Assembly (NCBI GenBank): GCA_002269645.1
Contig: NIVC01001980.1
Span: 152,603 to 216,602, forward strand
DNA length: 64,000 bases
From: Macrostomum lignano
Taxonomy: Eukaryota
Direction of reading: 5' to 3'
Shown here: positions 22,722 to 36,300 of the stretch, in pieces
How positions within the stretch are numbered: the first letter of the stretch is position 1
Layout of the letters: every line of letters starts with the position of its first letter
Position numbers and translations under genes: made by a program
The notes under the pieces: model-generated
Told to the model about the DNA's origin: nothing
The model's database searches: none
Seen by the model: the letters and a program-made list of their open reading frames with translations, nothing else

Positions 22722-23678
22722 CTTATAAGTTATATCTAACGAGTTCATCACAGACATTAGAAGTGTGACGTTGCTAGTTTAAGGTGGTCCCGCAAAAAGG
22801 CCGTTGGACTTTAGTTTCCCTTGCAATTTCTCATTTAAATTTCTCCAATAGTTTATTTTAACGTTTACTTGTAGTAGCGTGCAAATAATCTGTATCAATG
22901 GCTAATTCACTGTGTATTTGGTAGGCCTTGCGTTCGTCTGTAAATTTTAGCACGATCGATAATTTCAAGCTCTCTCGCCAGCCAATGAAAACTCTCCGCG
23001 TTTTATGCTAACCCTTCTGCGCTCTTTATTAACCCCCGCCTGGCGGCGGGCTGGGGGCCTCCTCACTTCTGGCTTCGGGCGTCTGGCTCTCGTTTTCCTT
23101 CTCTCTCTCCTGGCTGCCTCGAGCCTCCTTATCTCTCGCCACGGCTCCTCTGTCTGGGCCAGCCTGTTTACACTCTGTACTCCACTGTGTACTGCCACGG
23201 CTAACGCCACTCTCACCGCTACTTATCTGCCTGTCTACTTACTACTCACTGCCTCCACTGTGCTCATCGACATCACTCACTACGTTGCGTCGCCATTGTA
23301 TCCTTCGCCTGCTACTCGACTTCATATTCTAATCACTTCAAAACCATTGTTGCAGCCGCCAGTGCCCAGAACACTATAAGTTTTGTATTGATATTGACCA
23401 GTCTAATATTGATCTCGACAATAAATTAGCTTAACATTAAATTAGTTTCCTGCCCTTATACGCCAAGTGCTCCGCTACACAATCCGCTTTGTAATTGTAA
23501 GAATTGGCTTTAAGTCATTTTGGGACTACAACAACTTACGACAATTCTCGTCAAACGGCCCTTTTAAGGGTCATAACCTCTACGCCAATAACGTGACAGA
23601 AGACTTGGGGGAGGTTTTTTGATCAATTATATAATTTTTATAGTTTTGTTAAGACTAATAGCTCGTATGCCAGACTAG

Positions 23679-24068
23679 ATGGATGTCAAAGTTTCGTTAG
23701 TACAATCCACAGAATATTCTGTGAGTACCATCTTTTTTCTAATGAGTCTTGTTTGAACTTAAATGTTCCAGGCTGAAGTAGAAGAAACCTTCAAGCGCAT
23801 CCTGGCGCACAAAGGCGTTGTTGGCGTCATCATTGTCAACTTTGATGGTATCCCGATTCGCAGCTCCTTTGCAGACAGCAGCCTCACTGTGCAGTACTGC
23901 GCCCTCATCCAGCAGCTGGCGCACAAGTCCCGCTCAGCAATTCGCGACCTGGACCCCGGCAATGACCTCACCTTCCTGCGGATCAGATCGAAGAAGAATG
24001 AGATTATGGTGGCTCCAGACAAAGACTACCTGCTGGTTGTGGTGCAGGAGCCGTGCGACCAGCCCTGA
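23679..24068 (+). CDS. DYNLRB: Dynein light chain roadblock-type; main exon 23772-24068, probable first exon 23679-23720
   Basis: [31 protein letters not shown]...[35 protein letters not shown] matches the roadblock family; CAG acceptor before GCT GAA; upstream in-phase ATG exon ends at a GTGAGT donor. ATG 23763 is an alternative unspliced start. Confidence 0.93.
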
Positions 24069-24954
24069 CTGGCTTGGAGAAGAATGGGCACTTCTGTCTG
24101 CAAGTTACTCTGCTTCCGCAATTTTCTTTGCACTTCAATAATTATAACCGCAAACAGAGACTCCCCTTTGGTGGGGGGGGGGTAGCACAGGGATTGACGT
24201 GCGTGACTTCGTGCCTGATTCCTTGTCTTGCCATGAGGGCCGATTGGCCAACCACTGAATGTGTACATGTCTGTTAATGAGAGAGTCAGGGCCGCTGTAG
24301 ACCCTGTGTGAGCCTGTGTGGGCCTGACTGCTTGTCACGGGTTTGCTTCGGAAACTAGAAATTCAATTCCCAAGGCGCATGCAAGGACTCTGTGTCCCAA
24401 TAAGCTACACTGTACACTGTTGTGCTTGCAATGTTGTCCGCAATTCATTTCTAACACCATTCGCCTTTGCCTCCACATACTATTTATAGTATTTGTAGTT
24501 GTCTGTGTTCAAACTTTTTATTTATTTATACATTTCAAATTCCATTTAAATGTCAAATTTATTAATTATTTTATTAGTTATACAAGTCCGTTTCTTATTT
24601 ACTGTTGAAGCTTTTCAGCAGTTGGAAAAATCAAGTTTCAATTTAACATGGTCTGCGCACCATTTCTGTCTTTTCACAGATAAGTATATCGTCGCTTAGA
24701 TTTAGCATGCTAAAAATCCATTAGTTGTAGTCAATTGATATTTGTCACAATTAATGCTACAATTTTGTAGGCCTTCATTTTGTGCAATATTACGGCGCAC
24801 AAGTTGGTATTACCTGGCTTTGCCTTTTTTCAGCTTTCCACTGTACACAATATATATACTACTGCCTCGATTATTGTTAAAATTGAATTAACCCGTTTCT
24901 CTAGCTGTCTGTCTTCTCTTTGTTTCTGATGTTAAAATAACAATTGGTGGTAAA

Positions 24955-27900
24955 TAGGTTGCTAATCTAGCCAATCTGATTAGGAATAGACTGGATTGCT
25001 AATCTAGCCAATCTGATTAGGAATAGACTGGATTGCTAATCTAGCCAATCTGATTAGGAATAGACTGGATTGCTAATCTAGCCAATCTGATTAGGAATAG
25101 ACTGGGTTGCTAATCTAGCCAATCTGATTAGGAATAGACTGGATTGCTAATCTAGCCAATCTGATTAGGAATAGACTGGATTGCTAATCTAGCCAATCTG
25201 ATTAGGAATAGACTGGATTGCTAATCTAGCCAATCTGATTAGGAATAGACTGGATTGCTAATCTAGCCAATCTGATTAGGAATAGACTGGATTGCTAATC
25301 TAGCCAATCTGATTAGGAATAGACTGGATTGCTAATCTAGCCAATCTGATTAGGAATAGACTGGATTGCTAATCTAGCCAATCTGATTAGGAATAGACTG
25401 GTTGCTAATCTAGCCAATCTGATTAGGAATAGACTGGATTGCTAATCTAGCCAATCTGATTAGGAATAGACTGGGTTGCTAATCTAGCCAATCTGATTAG
25501 GAATAGACTGGATTGCTAATCTAGCCAATCTGATTAGGAATAGACTGGATTGCTAATCTAGCCAATCTGATTAGGAATAGACTGGATTGCTAATCTAGCC
25601 AATCTGATTAGGAATAGACTGGGTTGCTAATCTAGCCAATCTGATTAGGAATAGACTGGATTGCTAATCTAGCCAATCTGATTAGGAATAGACTGGATTG
25701 CTAATCTAGCCAATCTGATTAGGAATAGACTGGATTGCTAATCTAGCCAATCTGATTAGGAATAGACTGGATTGCTAATCTAGCCAATCTGATTAGGAAT
25801 AGACTGGATTGCTAATCTAGCCAATCTGATTAGGAATAGACTGGATTGCTAATCTAGCCAATCTGATTAGGAATAGACTGGTTGCTAATCTAGCCAATCT
25901 GATTAGGAATAGACTGGATTGCTAATCTAGCCAATCTGATTAGGAATAGACTGGGTTGCTAATCTAGCCAATCTGATTAGGAATAGACTGGATTGTTAAT
26001 CTAGCCAATCTGATTAGGAATAGACTGGATTGCTAATCTAGCCAATCTGATTAGGAATAGACTGGATTGCTAATCTAGCCAATCTGATTAGGAATAGACT
26101 GGATTGCTAATCTAGCCAATCTGATTAGGAATAGACTGGATTGCTAATCTAGCCAATCTGATTAGGAATAGACTGGATTGCTAATCTAGCCAATCTGATT
26201 AGGAATAGACTGGGTTGCTAATCTAGCCAATCTGATTAGGAATAGACTGGATTGCTAATCTAGCCAATCTGATTAGGAATAGACTGGATTGCTAATCTAG
26301 CCAATCTGATTAGGAATAGACTGGATTGCTAATCTAGCCAATCTGATTAGGAATAGACTGGATTGCTAATCTAGCCAATCTGATTAGGAATAGACTGGAT
26401 TGCTAATCTAGCCAATCTGATTAGGAATAGACTGGATTGCTAATCTAGCCAATCTGATTAGGAATAGACTGGATTGCTAATCTAGCCAATCTGATTAGGA
26501 ATAGACTGGATTGCTAATCTAGCCAATCTGATTAGGAATAGACTGGATTGCTAATCTAGCCAATCTGATTAGGAATAGACTGGATTGCTAATCTAGCCAA
26601 TCTGATTAGGAATAGACTGGATTGCTAATCTAGCCAATCTGATTAGGAATAGACTGGATTGCTAATCTAGCCAATCTGATTAGGAATAGACTGGATTGCT
26701 AATCTAGCCAATCTGATTAGGAATAGACTGGATTGCTAATCTAGCCAATCTGATTAGGAATAGACTGGATTGCTAATCTAGCCAATCTGATTAGGAATAG
26801 ACTGGATTGCTAATCTAGCCAATCTGATTAGGAATAGACTGGATTGCTAATCTAGCCAATCTGATTAGGAATAGACTGGATTGCTAATCTAGCCAATCTG
26901 ATTAGGAATAGACTGGATTGCTAATCTAGCCAATCTGATTAGGAATAGACTGGATTGCTAATCTAGCCAATCTGATTAGGAATAGACTGGGTTGCTAATC
27001 TAGCCAATCTGATTAGGAATAGACTGGATTGCTAATCTAGCCAATCTGATTAGGAATAGACTGGATTGCTAATCTAGCCAATCTGATTAGGAATAGACTG
27101 GATTGCTAATCTAGCCAATCTGATTAGGAATAGACTGGATTGCTAATCTAGCCAATCTGATTAGGAATAGACTGGATTGCTAATCTAGCCAATCTGATTA
27201 GGAATAGACTGGTTGCTAATCTAGCCAATCTGATTAGGAATAGACTGGGTTGCTAATCTAGCCAATCTGATTAGGAATAGACTGGATTGCTAATCTAGCC
27301 AATCTGATTAGGAATAGACTGGATTGCTAATCTAGCCAATCTGATTAGGAATAGACTGGATTGCTAATCTAGCCAATCTGATTAGGAATAGACTGGATTG
27401 CTAATCTAGCCAATCTGATTAGGAATAGACTGGATTGCTAATCTAGCCAATCTGATTAGGAATAGACTGGATTGCTAATCTAGCCAATCTGATTAGGAAT
27501 AGACTGGATTGCTAATCTAGCCAATCTGATTAGGAATAGACTGGATTGCTAATCTAGCCAATCTGATTAGGAATAGACTGGGTTGCTAATCTAGCCAATC
27601 TGATTAGGAATAGACTGGTTGCTAATCTAGCCAATCTGATTAGGAATAGACTGGATTGCTAATCTAGCCAATCTGATTAGGAATAGACTGGATTGCTAAT
27701 CTAGCCAATCTGATTAGGAATAGACTGGATTGCTAATCTAGCCAATCTGATTAGGAATAGACTGGTTGCTAATCTAGCCAATCTGATTAGGAATAGACTG
27801 GATTGCTAATCTAGCCAATCTGATTAGGAATAGACTGGGTTGCTAATCTAGCCAATCTGATTAGGAATAGACTGGGTTGCTAATCTAGCCAATCTGATTA

Positions 27901-29378
27901 GGAATAGACTGGGTTGCTAATCTAGCCAATCTGATTAGGAATAGACTGGATTGCTAATCTAGCCAATCTGATTAGGAATAGACTGGATTGCTAATCTAGC
28001 CAATCTGATTAGGAATAGACTGGATTGCTAATCTAGCCAATCTGATTAGGAATAGACTGGATTGCTAATCTAGCCAATCTGATTAGGAATAGACTGGATT
28101 GCTAATCTAGCCAATCTGATTAGGAATAGACTGGATTGCTAATCTAGCCAATCTGATTAGGAATAGACTGGATTGCTAATCTAGCCAATCTGATTAGGAA
28201 TAGACTGGATTGCTAATCTAGCCAATCTGATTAGGAATAGACTGGATTGCTAATCTAGCCAATCTGATTAGGAATAGACTGGATTGCTAATCTAGCCAAT
28301 CTGATTAGGAATAGACTGGATTGCTAATCTAGCCAATCTGATTAGGAATAGACTGGATTGCTAATCTAGCCAATCTGATTAGGAATAGACTGGATTGCTA
28401 ATCTAGCCAATCTGATTAGGAATAGACTGGATTGCTAATCTAGCCAATCTGATTAGGAATAGACTGGATTGCTAATCTAGCCAATCTGATTAGGAATAGA
28501 CTGGATTGCTAATCTAGCCAATCTGATTAGGAATAGACTGGATTGCTAATCTAGCCAATCTGATTAGGAATAGACTGGATTGCTAATCTAGCCAATCTGA
28601 TTAGGAATAGACTGGATTGCTAATCTAGCCAATCTGATTAGGAATAGACTGGATTGCTAATCTAGCCAATCTGATTAGGAATAGACTGGATTGCTAATCT
28701 AGCCAATCTGATTAGGAATAGACTGGATTGCTAATCTAGCCAATCTGATTAGGAATAGACTGGATTGCTAATCTAGCCAATCTGATTAGGAATAGACTGG
28801 ATTGCTAATCTAGCCAATCTGATTAGGAATAGACTGGATTGCTAATCTAGCCAATCTGATTAGGAATAGACTGGATTGCTAATCTAGCCAATCTGATTAG
28901 GAATAGACTGGATTGCTAATCTAGCCAATCTGATTAGGAATAGACTGGATTGCTAATCTAGCCAATCTGATTAGGAATAGACTGGATTGCTAATCTAGCC
29001 AATCTGATTAGGAATAGACTGGATTGCTAATCTAGCCAATCTGATTAGGAATAGACTGGATTGCTAATCTAGCCAATCTGATTAGGAATAGACTGGATTG
29101 CTAATCTAGCCAATCTGATTAGGAATAGACTGGATTGCTAATCTAGCCAATCTGATTAGGAATAGACTGGATTGCTAATCTAGCCAATCTGATTAGGAAT
29201 AGACTGGATTGCTAATCTAGCCAATCTGATTAGGAATAGACTGGATTGCTAATCTAGCCAATCTGATTAGGAATAGACTGGATTGCTAATCTAGCCAATC
29301 TGATTAGGAATAGACTGGATTGCTAATCTAGCCAATCTGATTAGGAATAGACTGGATTGCTAATCTAGCCAATCTGAT
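24955..29378. repeat. 37-bp satellite, about 120 copies, 4.4 kb
   Basis: Unit GGATTGCTAATCTAGCCAATCTGATTAGGAATAGACT; only minor GGGTT/GGTT variants. Confidence 0.99.
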
Positions 29379-29834
29379 GCTTAATGCTTTGAATATAATT
29401 GTTAATTTGCAAAGCGACTGGCGTACTTTTAGGAGTTCCTTGAAATGTATTTAAAAATAGGACGCTAATGACAGAGTTAGTGGAATGAAATAGCCAAAGG
29501 TTGATAGCATTATTAAATGTTTTGGATAAGTACATTAAAATGTCAATAGATGTTTTGCAAACAATTGTGGTACGCAAAGCTTACGGAATGCAAACTTTAC
29601 TTGAATGTTTAAATACGATCTATATCGATTGTACATGCCTCAACTGATTGGGCCTGATGTGCAGAAATAAAAACGCGACTATGCATATTTGGAATAAATG
29701 TAATTAAAAATTGCTTTGTTACAATGTAAATGATCGGTCAACAAAAACTTTTAAAAGAAAATTTGACCGCTAAGTGAATAACATTTTAAACATACATGTA
29801 CACCTCATGAGAAGCCTAGAGTTCAGTGGGGTAG

Positions 29835-30133
29835 ACCTTCGGCTCCTGTCTGTTCCTTCAGTGGGTCACCTTCAGCTCCTGTCTGTTCCTTCAGTGGGTC
29901 ACCTTCAGCTCCTGTCTGTTCCTTCAGTGGGTCACCTTCAGCTCCTGTCTGTTCCTTCAGTGGGTCACCTTCAGCTCCTGTCTGTTCCTTCAGTGGGTCA
30001 CCTTCAGCTCCTGTCTGTTCCTTCAGTGGGTCACCTTCAGCTCCTGTCTGTTCCTTCAGTGGGTCACCTTCAGCTGTTGTTTGTTCCTTTACCTTTAGCT
30101 CCTGCCTGTTCCTTCAGTGGGTCACCTTCAGCT
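29835..30133. repeat. 33-bp minisatellite
   Basis: About 9 copies of CACCTTCAGCTCCTGTCTGTTCCTTCAGTGGGT. Confidence 0.95.
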
Positions 30134-30357
30134 GCTATACCCTAATCTGTTATCGATTTTTCTCTGTTTTTACGAATATATACATGCAGAACTTAAAAGC
30201 ATGCAAATGTTTCAAGCCAATAAAATAACGAACTGAAACGACCTTGAAATGAGAAGATGAAGTTATATAATTTTATGCCGACATGCCAGTCTGCAGAGTA
30301 GCAGTGACCTAGAATATTGGACTCCAATCGTTGGATTACGCGATGGAGACTGTTGAA

Positions 30358-33300
30358 TCAGATGGCCAGCACTGTCTGCGAGGCGAGCAGGCGGCCCTCT
30401 GCGCTGACGGGATGCAGCGGCACTGGCGAACCAACGGCGGGTGCCGTCTGCGGCTGCTGCGAGTGTGACGGATAAGTATACAGGATGATCGGAGTTCCAT
30501 TTCAATTTGACGCAGGTGCTTTCATACAAAACGAAAATTTCTGTCATAGTACAAAACAGCTTAATCTAACCGAACATGAACAACTGTGAATGTGACGTAA
30601 AAGTACATTCAATTTTAAGAGCACAGAATTAAACAAATTGCTTTAAATTAAACAAACGAACAAATTCAAACAAACTGCAACAGATTAAAACAAACAAACT
30701 GCAACAAATTAAAGCAAACAAACTTCAACAGATTAAAACAAACAAACTGCAACAGATTAAAACAAACAAACTTCAACAGATTAAAACAAACAAACTGCAA
30801 CAGATTAAAACAAACAAACTGCAACAAATTAAAACAAACAAACTTCAACAGATTAAAACAAACAAACTGCAACAGATTAAAACAAACAAACTTCAACAGA
30901 TTAAAACAAACAAACTGCAACAGATTAAAACAAACAAACTTCAACAGATTAAAACAAACAAACTTCAACAGATTAAAACAAACAAACTGCAACAGATTAA
31001 AACAAACAAACTGCAACAGATTAAAACAAACAAACTTCAACAGATTAAAACAAACAAACTGCAACAGATTAAAACAAACAAACTGCAACAGATTAAAACA
31101 AACAAACTTCAACAGATTAAAACAAACAAACTGCAACAGATTAAAACAAACAAACTTCAACAGATTAAAACAAACAAACTGCAACAGATTAAAACAAACA
31201 AACTGCAACAGATTAAAACAAACAAACTTCAACAGATTAAAACAAACAAACTGCAACAGATTAAAACAAACAAACTGCAACAGATTAAAACAAACAAACT
31301 TCAACAGATTAAAACAAACAAACTTCAACAGATTAAAACAAACAAACTGCAACAGATTAAAACAAACAAACTGCAACAGATTAAAACAAACAAACTTCAA
31401 CAGATTAAAACAAACAAACTGCAACAGATTAAAACAAACAAACTGCAACAGATTAAAACAAACAAACTGCAACAGATTAAAACAAACAAACTTCAACAGA
31501 TTAAAACAAACAAACTGCAACAGATTAAAACAAACAAACTGCAACAGATTAAAACAAACAAACTTCAACAGATTAAAACAAACAAACTGCAACAGATTAA
31601 AACAAACAAACTGCAACAGATTAAAACAAACAAACTGCAACAGATTAAAACAAACAAACTGCAACAGATTAAAACAAACAAACTGCAACAGATTAAAACA
31701 AGCTGAAACAGATTAAAACAAGCTGAAACAGAGTGTCAGAGCGCTACTCACCGGATAGGCGGGGACAACGGGAACCGCCGGCAGATTGGCCGGGAAATAG
31801 GGCGGCTGGCAGTGCGCCACCGTCAGCAACGGAAACTGCGGCAGCAACATCGGGGCGTGCGACATCAGAGGCGACGGATTTGGCGGTGGCAGCAAGTGCT
31901 GCGGCAGCGGCGGCGGCGGAGGCGGAGGCGGAGGCGGCGGCAATTCGGCAGTGCCACAGAGCTGCACTTCGACAATCACTCCGCCTGGTCCCCGGCCGTC
32001 CAGTCGCCAGAACTGACTGCCGTCCTTGGCCTCGCAGGCCATCCGGGCTGCCCAGTCTGACGTCATCTCGATGACCGCCTCGCCGGTGGGCTGACCCAGA
32101 TGATTTAACACCTGGTGCACCCCCTGGTTGGATGCATGGTGGTTTAACATAATACAGCTATGGAAGAATTTATTTTCTGAATAATTGCAACGAATATTTG
32201 AGTTTGCCATTCGGAAGTTTCGTTTCTATTTCTATCTGGAAATCATTGACATCGATTTTACACCAACAAATTCTAAGTTGGCTTTTATGGAATCCATCAT
32301 AGAAAATCCATCATGGGATTTTCCTCGGGAATCCATCATGGGAAATCCATTATGGGATTTTCCTCGGGGAATTCATGGAAATCCATGATTCGATTTTCCT
32401 CGGGGAAATCCATGGAAATCCATCATGGGATTTTCCTCGGGGAATCCATGGAAATCCATCATGGGATTTTCCTCGGGGAATCCATCATGAGAAATCCATG
32501 ATTTGATTTTCTTTGGGAATTCCATCACGGGATTTTCATTTGGGAATCCATAATGGGAGCATCATGGGATTTTCCCGGGGAATCCATGGAAATCCATTAT
32601 GAAATTTTCCTCGAGGAATCCATGGAAATCCATCATGGGGTTTTCTTAGGCGAAGCCATCATAGAAATCCATCATGGGATTTTCCTTGGGAATTCAATCA
32701 TGGGATTTTCCTCGGGGAATCCATCATGGGGCTCTGCTGGGAGAATCCACCTGGAGTGAAGCTGTGACGAAAAAGGTTCACCTGGTAGGCGATGCCGGCC
32801 GCGTGCTGCTCAAGAAAGCCGAGGATGTCGGCAACGGTCGCTTCTGCAGGCATCCCGCCGATGCGTAGCAAATGCCGCTGGTGCCACAGCTGCTGCAGCT
32901 GTTGTTGCTTTTGCTGCTGCTGCTGCTGTTGTTGTTGTTGCTGACTGTGGATTTGCTGCTGTTGCTTTTGATGCTGATAAACCTGCTGCTGCTGCTGCTG
33001 CTGTTGTTGTTGAAAGCCGCCCAGCACCTGGTTGAGCTCAGCCGGGGTTGATTTGAACAATTCCACGTAGCGGCTGCCGATGTGCTGACGGTGGCCGCGT
33101 TCCAGGGCGCGCTCGGCGCGCTCGGAGCTGGCGAACAGAGCAAAGGCGTCGCCGGTGGCGCGTCCGTCGGCGCGCTGGGCAAAGAGCAGCCCGTCACGGC
33201 CGAACTGCACCGGGCAGGACGACTTGTCGAAGAATTCCAGCTGGGCAAAGCAGGGGACGAGTTTTTTGTTTTAGAGAGAATAATTGTCGTTTTCGCTAGT

Positions 33301-36300
33301 GCCTACTTGGTAGTAATATAGTGCATAGCTGTAAATGTATTACCAAACTACTTACGAGCTTACATTCTTTCAGAACTCTGGTAATGCTTCGGAACCTCAT
33401 ACGAGCGTATATTCCCTTCGGAACACTACGAGGAGCTTCGAAACTTCTTTTTTTTATAACCAACCGGTTCCATTTCGCACCGATTACCCAGGAAAACCTC
33501 TCTGGATATTCTCTCAGTGACACTTTCTCCGCCAATACATCCGTTGAAACACCTCAAAACCCCTTGGAACTCCTTGGAACCCCTTGGAACCCCTTGAAAC
33601 CCCTTGAAACCCCTTGGAACACCTTGGAACCCCTTGGAACCCCTTGAAACCCCTTGAAACCCCTTGAAACACTTTGGAACCCCTTGAAACACTTTGGAAC
33701 CCCTTGGAACCCCTACCGCCAAAGATCTGTCAAAGCCACCTGAACGTCTGAGGTGTCAGCTGTTCGTGTTACTGACCCCTGAATGTACTAAATATTTAGC
33801 TAGACAATAATACCAGCTTATATGCTTGAAAAGCAAGTCCCTCTGCACTTGAAGCCATAATATCTGATAAAGCGATTCCAGGCTAAAAAAACAGCTAATA
33901 CTTTCAAGCAACAATTAGATCTCTTTTGCGTTAACGCGAACCAACCGCATTGCACACACACAACCCAGGGCGCATGCGTTGGCAGCGGTGGATCGCAGAC
34001 GAGATCACTGAATGCAGACTGTATAACTACCAGCTAAAACCGCAGCCCAGTCTGTGATAACGCTGAGCGCCTGGCCGCCTGCCGCTGCTGTGAGAGAAAC
34101 AAGCTTGATAAAAAAGTCTCCCAGACCAAGCCGCCAAAGGCCTAGCAGCGTGTTAACTCTGCTAGGTCTGCTGAGATTGCACCCGAAGGGTGCGTTGAAT
34201 ATTTCAAGCTACCGTATACTTGTTGGTAGTTTGTTTTACAAGTTGTGTAGAACTGATATAATTGAGACTGGTGTCAGGGCTGTTGTCAGGGCTGGTTTCA
34301 GGCTAGTGTCAGGGCTGGTGTCAGGGCTGGTGTCAGGGCTAGTGTCAGGGCTGGTGTCAGGGCTGGCAGGAGTGGTGTCAGGGCTGTTGTCAGGGCTGGT
34401 TTCAGGGCTAGTGTCAGGGCTGGTGTCAGGGCTGGTGTCAGGGCTAGTGTCAGGGCTGGTGTCAGGGCTGGCAGGAGTGGTGTCAGGGCTGTTGTCAGGG
34501 CTGGTGTCAGGGCTGGTGTCAGAGCTGGTGTCAGAGCTGGTGTCAGGGCTGGCAGGAGTGGTGTCAGATCTGGTGTCAGGGCTGGCAAGAGTTGTCGCTC
34601 ACCACCTGCTCCGCGGTGACCACGTAGGGGAGGCCCCGCATGCGGATGAGCTGCTGCCCGGAGCCGTCAAGCCGAGCCAGGAATTCCTCGGCCTCCGCCG
34701 TGCAGGCGGCGGCCACGGCCAGGTAGTCGCGCGCGGTGGCCTTGAACACCTCGATGTAGCGCCGGCCCAGGTGGCGCCGGTGGCGCAGCAGCGCCAAGTC
34801 TCGGTGCTCGGCGCATTCGAAACGGACGAGGGCTTCGCCGTTGCGCCGGCCGCCTGTCCGGCTGAGAACGAGGGCGACGCCGCCCGGACAGACGTTGAGG
34901 CCGCTGAAGAAGACGGTGGCCACCTCGATGTCGCCGACCTGCCAGGGGAGGCCGCGCAGCCGCACCACCGTCTCGGGCTCGACCGGCTCGGATTTGCGGC
35001 TGCCGGTTCGGGGGTTGAAATTGCGGGAACTACCGGTAGAGATAGACAAATCCAACCAGACATCACGTTCATGCTATCAAGGAGATTTAAACACAGTATC
35101 TGGATAGGAAAGATAAGACAATCTGTATATAGGGCTTAATATTAATCAAAGACTCAAAGCTTTAGGCATCTGAGTCCATTTTTGTCCCGCATACAGTATA
35201 TACATGCTGCACTAGTGGGCTCATATTTAAGTGAGCTGACTTTAGTAAGCATTTTTAATTTGATCGAAACGTAAAATCTAATTAATTCCTTTTTTAAACG
35301 AACAATGCGATATTAACTTAGATTTTAAATATCGATAATAGTAACAATAATAATTTATTATACCTGCCTCAATTGGGTCAGATGTGCAACCGACAGCTCA
35401 GCCGCAGCTATTGCGCGGCGCATCTGAAGGCTGCGTACGGCTGTTCAGTCCAAGGACTGGGGGGTCGCCACACACACCCTCAATTACCCCAGCTAATGCT
35501 GGCACCCATTTTACAGCTGTGTGAACTGAAGCAATGCAGAGTTAAGTGTCTTGCATAAAAGACACAAATTGTTCCAGTGGGATCGGGAATCGAATCCCCG
35601 ACCTTCAAGTCGCGAGACAGACGCTCTAACCCCCACTAGGCTACAACCCCCATACATGTAATATCGATACGGCTCTGAGTGGTTTTAGAAATAATCTTTT
35701 GTTATTTCAGTAGCTAAGACGAAACCGATGTACATCCACAACGTTAGGGTTGGTTTAGGGTTAGAGTTAGGGTTAGGGTATGGTTAGGGTACTTGGGTAC
35801 AACTGAACTCACATCAACGCCGGGCGGTACTCCTTTGATATCGATTCCGGCTCCAGAAACTTGTGCCCTAAAAGCGGAATGAAGTATAGATAAGAACAGC
35901 TGTGCCTGCGTTGCTTGAAGCCGGCCTTGACATTGAATATGCTGCCTCCAGTTATCACTATCCGGCAGACGGGAACTCACCGTCTTCAAGCAGGCAGCCA
36001 ATGATGCGAGACATGGCCAGGCACATGCTAGCGCTGAAGCCCGTGTCCTGAGTCCTGGCTGCTGCCGCTGCGGCTGCCGCTGCGACAGGCTCCCCGGCCT
36101 GCTGAAGTTGCTGCTGCAGCCCCAGCTCTGCGAGTGTGCAGGGCGTTTTGTTAGGTGAGACCAACAAACAAACTTGTCTAAGAATAGCACAAGTCAAACA
36201 CTTGGACAGATACAAGACAAACAGACAGGCAGACAGACACAAGATGGACAGACACAAGATGGACAGACACAAGATGGACGGACACAAGATGGACGGACAC

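Noticed and set aside
22870-23530. Possible solo LTR (TGTAGT...ACTACA) containing ORFs 22965-23216 and 23005-23379
   Set aside because: Flanks (TTACT/ACAAC) give no TSD and there is no second copy; the ORFs are low-complexity.
24955-29378. CRISPR-like appearance (37-bp, partly palindromic repeat)
   Set aside because: Units are head-to-tail with no unique spacers, there are no cas genes, and the context is eukaryotic.
35560-35648. tRNA gene candidate
   Set aside because: Has A/B boxes but continues into a SINE body with no proper acceptor stem or terminator.
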